Below, piece after piece: positions 61,005 to 64,000 of a stretch of DNA of 64,000 bases; position 1 is the first letter of the stretch, and each line of letters opens with the position of its first letter. The notes below the pieces were generated by a model, which was not told the origin of the DNA, made no database searches, and saw nothing but the letters and a program-made list of their open reading frames with translations. The DNA is from Pseudomonadota bacterium. GTDB lineage: Bacteria > Campylobacterota > Campylobacteria > Campylobacterales > Sulfurimonadaceae. Location of the stretch: contig JAZDQA010000013.1 of NCBI GenBank assembly GCA_043797085.1, forward strand, positions 241,140 through 305,139. Reading direction: 5' to 3'. A program made the translations under genes and the position numbers.

Positions 61005-62011
61005 AGCTCTTTCGCTCCTAAATCTGTCATGATTTTAGTAATCTCTTTGTCAAGCTTCAAAACAGAATCAACCATTTTAGGATCTTTAAGTCCCATAACT
61101 GCTGTCCATGTTTCCAAACGCGGCATACCGACTATCATCTTGTTTGACCCTTTGTCTACATACATATACATAGAACAAGGAGCGAATGCGCCGGCATCCG
61201 GACGACCTTGGTTGAAGATAGCTTCTGAGAATCGGAAATGACACAATGAGTAAACCCAATACGCATCAAAACGGTCAAACTTAACTCCCGCACCATCCAT
61301 AGACTCTTTCATGTCTTTGTAACCCGCAATGATATATTTTTGTGCTTCAAATGCCTCTTCAAATCGGCTTTGGAAATCACTTTTAAACTTCTCAACTCCG
61401 CCAGCACGATCAAACGGTACTTCAAACGTCATCATAGGTTTTGCAGGTAATCCTTTATACTCGACGTATTGCACTTTTGAACTGATCTCTTTTTCGGTCA
61501 TTTTATCAAGCTCTGTAAACGATGCTGTAAATTGCTTGCGAACCTCTGGATTTTTTACCCCTACGATGTCCAACATCGTCTCAGGCGTAACGTGACCGAC
61601 AAAAGTTTTATCTTCACCCATCTTTTTGTAAATATGAAGATTAAACGGAGAAAATCCGCCCAAAGAAGGCTCTTTCATCAACAATGGTCCCACAACCGCA
61701 TCGTTAGTAATCGAGAAAAATCCGAGATTGTCCAACGTAGGTTTAAAGGTAGGATCAAAATCAGGATGAGGACCCGTTACCCCTTTAATCGTTTGTGTAG
61801 GTGTACCCCATTTGGTTTTATACGCATGGTCGATATGTTCATGCGGATCAGAAAGCACAAAACCCAAAGAAGCGATCTTTTCATTGACCATACTCATATA
61901 TTCTTTTTCTTTATCGCCGTCACCAACGTAAAATTTTACCCCTTGGGCACCAAAAGCAACAGAAGCTGCAAGCGACAGTGCAAATGCACCCATCAAAAAT
62001 TTGTTTAACAT
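61001..62011 (-). CDS. Periplasmic tandem DUF302-like protein
   Basis: Signal peptide; GGFSPFNLHIY and YSLC...GAFAPCSMY.Y repeats. Confidence 0.7.
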   Translation of the reverse strand: MLNKFLMGAFALSLAASVAFGAQGVKFYVGDGDKEKEYMSMVNEKIASLGFVLSDPHEHIDHAYKTKWGTPTQTIKGVTGPHPDFDPTFKPTLDNLGFFSITNDAVVGPLLMKEPSLGGFSPFNLHIYKKMGEDKTFVGHVTPETMLDIVGVKNPEVRKQFTASFTELDKMTEKEISSKVQYVEYKGLPAKPMMTFEVPFDRAGGVEKFKSDFQSRFEEAFEAQKYIIAGYKDMKESMDGAGVKFDRFDAYWVYSLCHFRFSEAIFNQGRPDAGAFAPCSMYMYVDKGSNKMIVGMPRLETWTAVMGLKDPKMVDSVLKLDKEITKIMTDLGAKEL

Positions 62012-62148
62012 CTTATCTCCTAATGTAAGTTGAAGGTATTCTCTTTTTATATAGACTATTGTATCACAAAGACATCAAAAAAACGATAATAACACACCAA
62101 CAATTTGATCTCTTATTATGGATTAAAAAAGTGAATGGATTGTGAATA

Positions 62149-62166
62149 TCTCTCCGAGTGGAGAGA
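62149..62166 (-). terminator. Hairpin after the porin gene
   Basis: TCTCTCC-gagt-GGAGAGA just downstream of the stop codon. Confidence 0.5.
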
Positions 62167-62174
62167 AAAACTTT

Positions 62175-63482
62175 TTAGAAGTTATAGTTTAATTGAAGGC
62201 TTAACGCTTTTTGTGAATGCTTAACAGTTGTTTCAGTACCACCAGAAGCTCCATTCATTGGATTGCCATCAACATCATATGCCATTGTAGTCAATGTTGT
62301 AGATGCCTCAGGAGCATACACGTATGCTAAATCAACTGATGTTGTTTTTGAAAAGTTATATGTACCACCAACAGTATAATGATCTTCTACAGTTGCTGGA
62401 AATCCAAGTAAATTAAATGTGTTCAATGCATTACCAGCATAATCAGTACCTGTCATTGATGAATTTGCTGCAATAGCACCAGCATCTTTAATTGGAGATT
62501 TTGAGTGATTATAACCTACACGAAATGCCATTCCATTAGTCGCATATTGATACCCAATTGCTATTACATTTTGATCATCCCATCCAAAATCTTTATAACC
62601 TTTTGCATCTGACCATTTAATCTGTTTATAATCAACAGCAATTGCATGCTCACCCATAGCATAAGAAGCACCAACACCAAGTTCAGCTGGCTGCTCTAGT
62701 TTATCAGACATTGCAGCTGGAAATATACCAAATCCAACAAATGGTTGTGTTGCAACTGAAAGCTGACCTTTATAGTTCATTTCAATTGGTGATTTGTAAA
62801 CAGCACCCACAGTTATTCCTGCCATCTCATACGCAGCGCCTAATGTATATCCAAATGCTAAATCTTGAGCAACTCCTGCTCCTGATGAAGCATCAGCAGA
62901 ACCATCATAATTTGAATCATATTTGTAATTGATATCCAATGCACCATATTGTAGAATTGGAGTAATACCTACACTAAAACCTGCAGTTTTATAAGCTAAT
63001 GGAACGCCAAATTGCATCAACTGCAAATTTGTAACCATTTCCATTCCACCTAGACCTCTGTAGTCAACACCCATACCTGCAGTTCCCCACATACCAATAC
63101 CTGCATAAAAATTGTCATTGATTTTTGATGCCAATGATACTTCAGGAATCATACTCATATCGGAAGCACTATTGCCAGTTGCCATTACAGTACCAGCAGG
63201 CATAACTCCAGCACCCATAGCAGTATCAGTAGCTCTCATTTCATATGACACATCTGGCATAAATAATGTACCACCAAAAGAAAATTCAGTTCCTTTAACG
63301 GATGTGATTAAAGCAGGGTTAGCAAGAGCAGATTCTGCACCATGACTCATACCGATACCAACACCACCCATACCACGTGCTTTTGCACCTAATCCGATAA
63401 GATGATCTCCATTCGTTGCGAATGCCGCTGTTGATGTCAATGCAACTGCTGCTGCAACTGCCAATTTAATAGTACGTTTCAT
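62175..63482 (-). CDS. FadL/TodX (OMPP1) family outer membrane transporter
   Basis: ATNG..LIG.G..ARGMGG, NPA, G.GV.Y, terminal YNF. Confidence 0.9.
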   Translation of the reverse strand: MKRTIKLAVAAAVALTSTAAFATNGDHLIGLGAKARGMGGVGIGMSHGAESALANPALITSVKGTEFSFGGTLFMPDVSYEMRATDTAMGAGVMPAGTVMATGNSASDMSMIPEVSLASKINDNFYAGIGMWGTAGMGVDYRGLGGMEMVTNLQLMQFGVPLAYKTAGFSVGITPILQYGALDINYKYDSNYDGSADASSGAGVAQDLAFGYTLGAAYEMAGITVGAVYKSPIEMNYKGQLSVATQPFVGFGIFPAAMSDKLEQPAELGVGASYAMGEHAIAVDYKQIKWSDAKGYKDFGWDDQNVIAIGYQYATNGMAFRVGYNHSKSPIKDAGAIAANSSMTGTDYAGNALNTFNLLGFPATVEDHYTVGGTYNFSKTTSVDLAYVYAPEASTTLTTMAYDVDGNPMNGASGGTETTVKHSQKALSLQLNYNF

Positions 63483-63783
63483 TAATTCTCCTGAATTATT
63501 TTTTCAAATCGGTAAACGATTCGTTAACAGTGTCATTATAGGGGTGTTAAAATAAATCTAAACTTAACACGAAATTATCACAAAATAAGCATTTCAAATA
63601 GTAAGTATTACAGATAAAATACGACGGTGTTATTAGGGTTTATTATGATACATTCAACGTCAAAACAACATCAAATGACCTATTATGGGCGCAATTGACA
63701 ATAACAAAGAGTAAATAAAGGGTTTATAAAAATGTAATAACTTTTTGAGAAAAGAATAAAGTGTTTCGAATAGTAACAATTAT

Positions 63784-63808
63784 GTCATTCCTGCGAAGGT
63801 GGAATGCC
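63784..63808. repeat. Single degenerate palindromic repeat unit
   Basis: GTCATTCCTGCGAAGGTGGAATGCC, same family as 59541-59597. Confidence 0.6.
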
Positions 63809-63935
63809 GACGAGAGATAATAAGTAAAATTATAGATGATTAAATTTATGATTGACAACAAGACATTTTGTTGATTAATAAAAGAAGAGGTTTCTGATTG
63901 ATGATTGAATGTAAAGAAGAAGGATTAAATCCGAG

Positions 63936-64000
63936 GCCAGGCGGCGACCTACGTTTCCACACCTGAAAGATGCAGTATTATGAGCGAAGAGGGTCTTAGC
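63936..64000 (-). rRNA. rrf: 5S rRNA, 3' portion (truncated by window edge)
   Basis: Minus strand reads GCTAAG...ATAATACT...GGAAACGTAGGTCGCCGCCTGG, matching the bacterial 5S 3' half. Confidence 0.88.

Noticed and set aside
48585..63808. Palindromic repeats as a CRISPR array or IS ends
   Set aside because: Dispersed, no regular spacers, no cas or transposase gene in the window

Overview
Chromosomal window from a Campylobacterota (epsilonproteobacterial) chemolithotroph; gene content and style suggest a Sulfuricurvum/Sulfurimonas-like organism (inference). Left to right: (1) a type I secretion operon between two Ig-like/SwmB-repeat surface proteins; (2) a six-gene operon built around a divergent cbb3/NOR-like heme-copper oxidase subunit I that keeps the heme ligands but appears to have lost the CuB ligands; (3) c-di-GMP genes and an isolated phage-replication-like gene pair; (4) an ~11 kb operon joining two TonB-dependent receptors, ExbBD and a PepSY membrane protein to a membrane polyferredoxin, a double-cubane-cluster-like protein and its ATP-dependent activase, transcribed divergently from a DsbD_2-like gene and tonB across a 41-bp palindrome; (5) leuC, mobA, moaC and neighbours; (6) a periplasmic type II DMSO-reductase-family molybdoenzyme operon led by a rhodanese with a CX5R loop; (7) a FadL-like porin cluster and the 3' part of a 5S rRNA gene. 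Several GTCAT...ATGAC palindromic repeats are dispersed in the right half. The best candidates for undescribed systems are (4), (2) and (6). All family calls come from motifs read by eye, not database searches.
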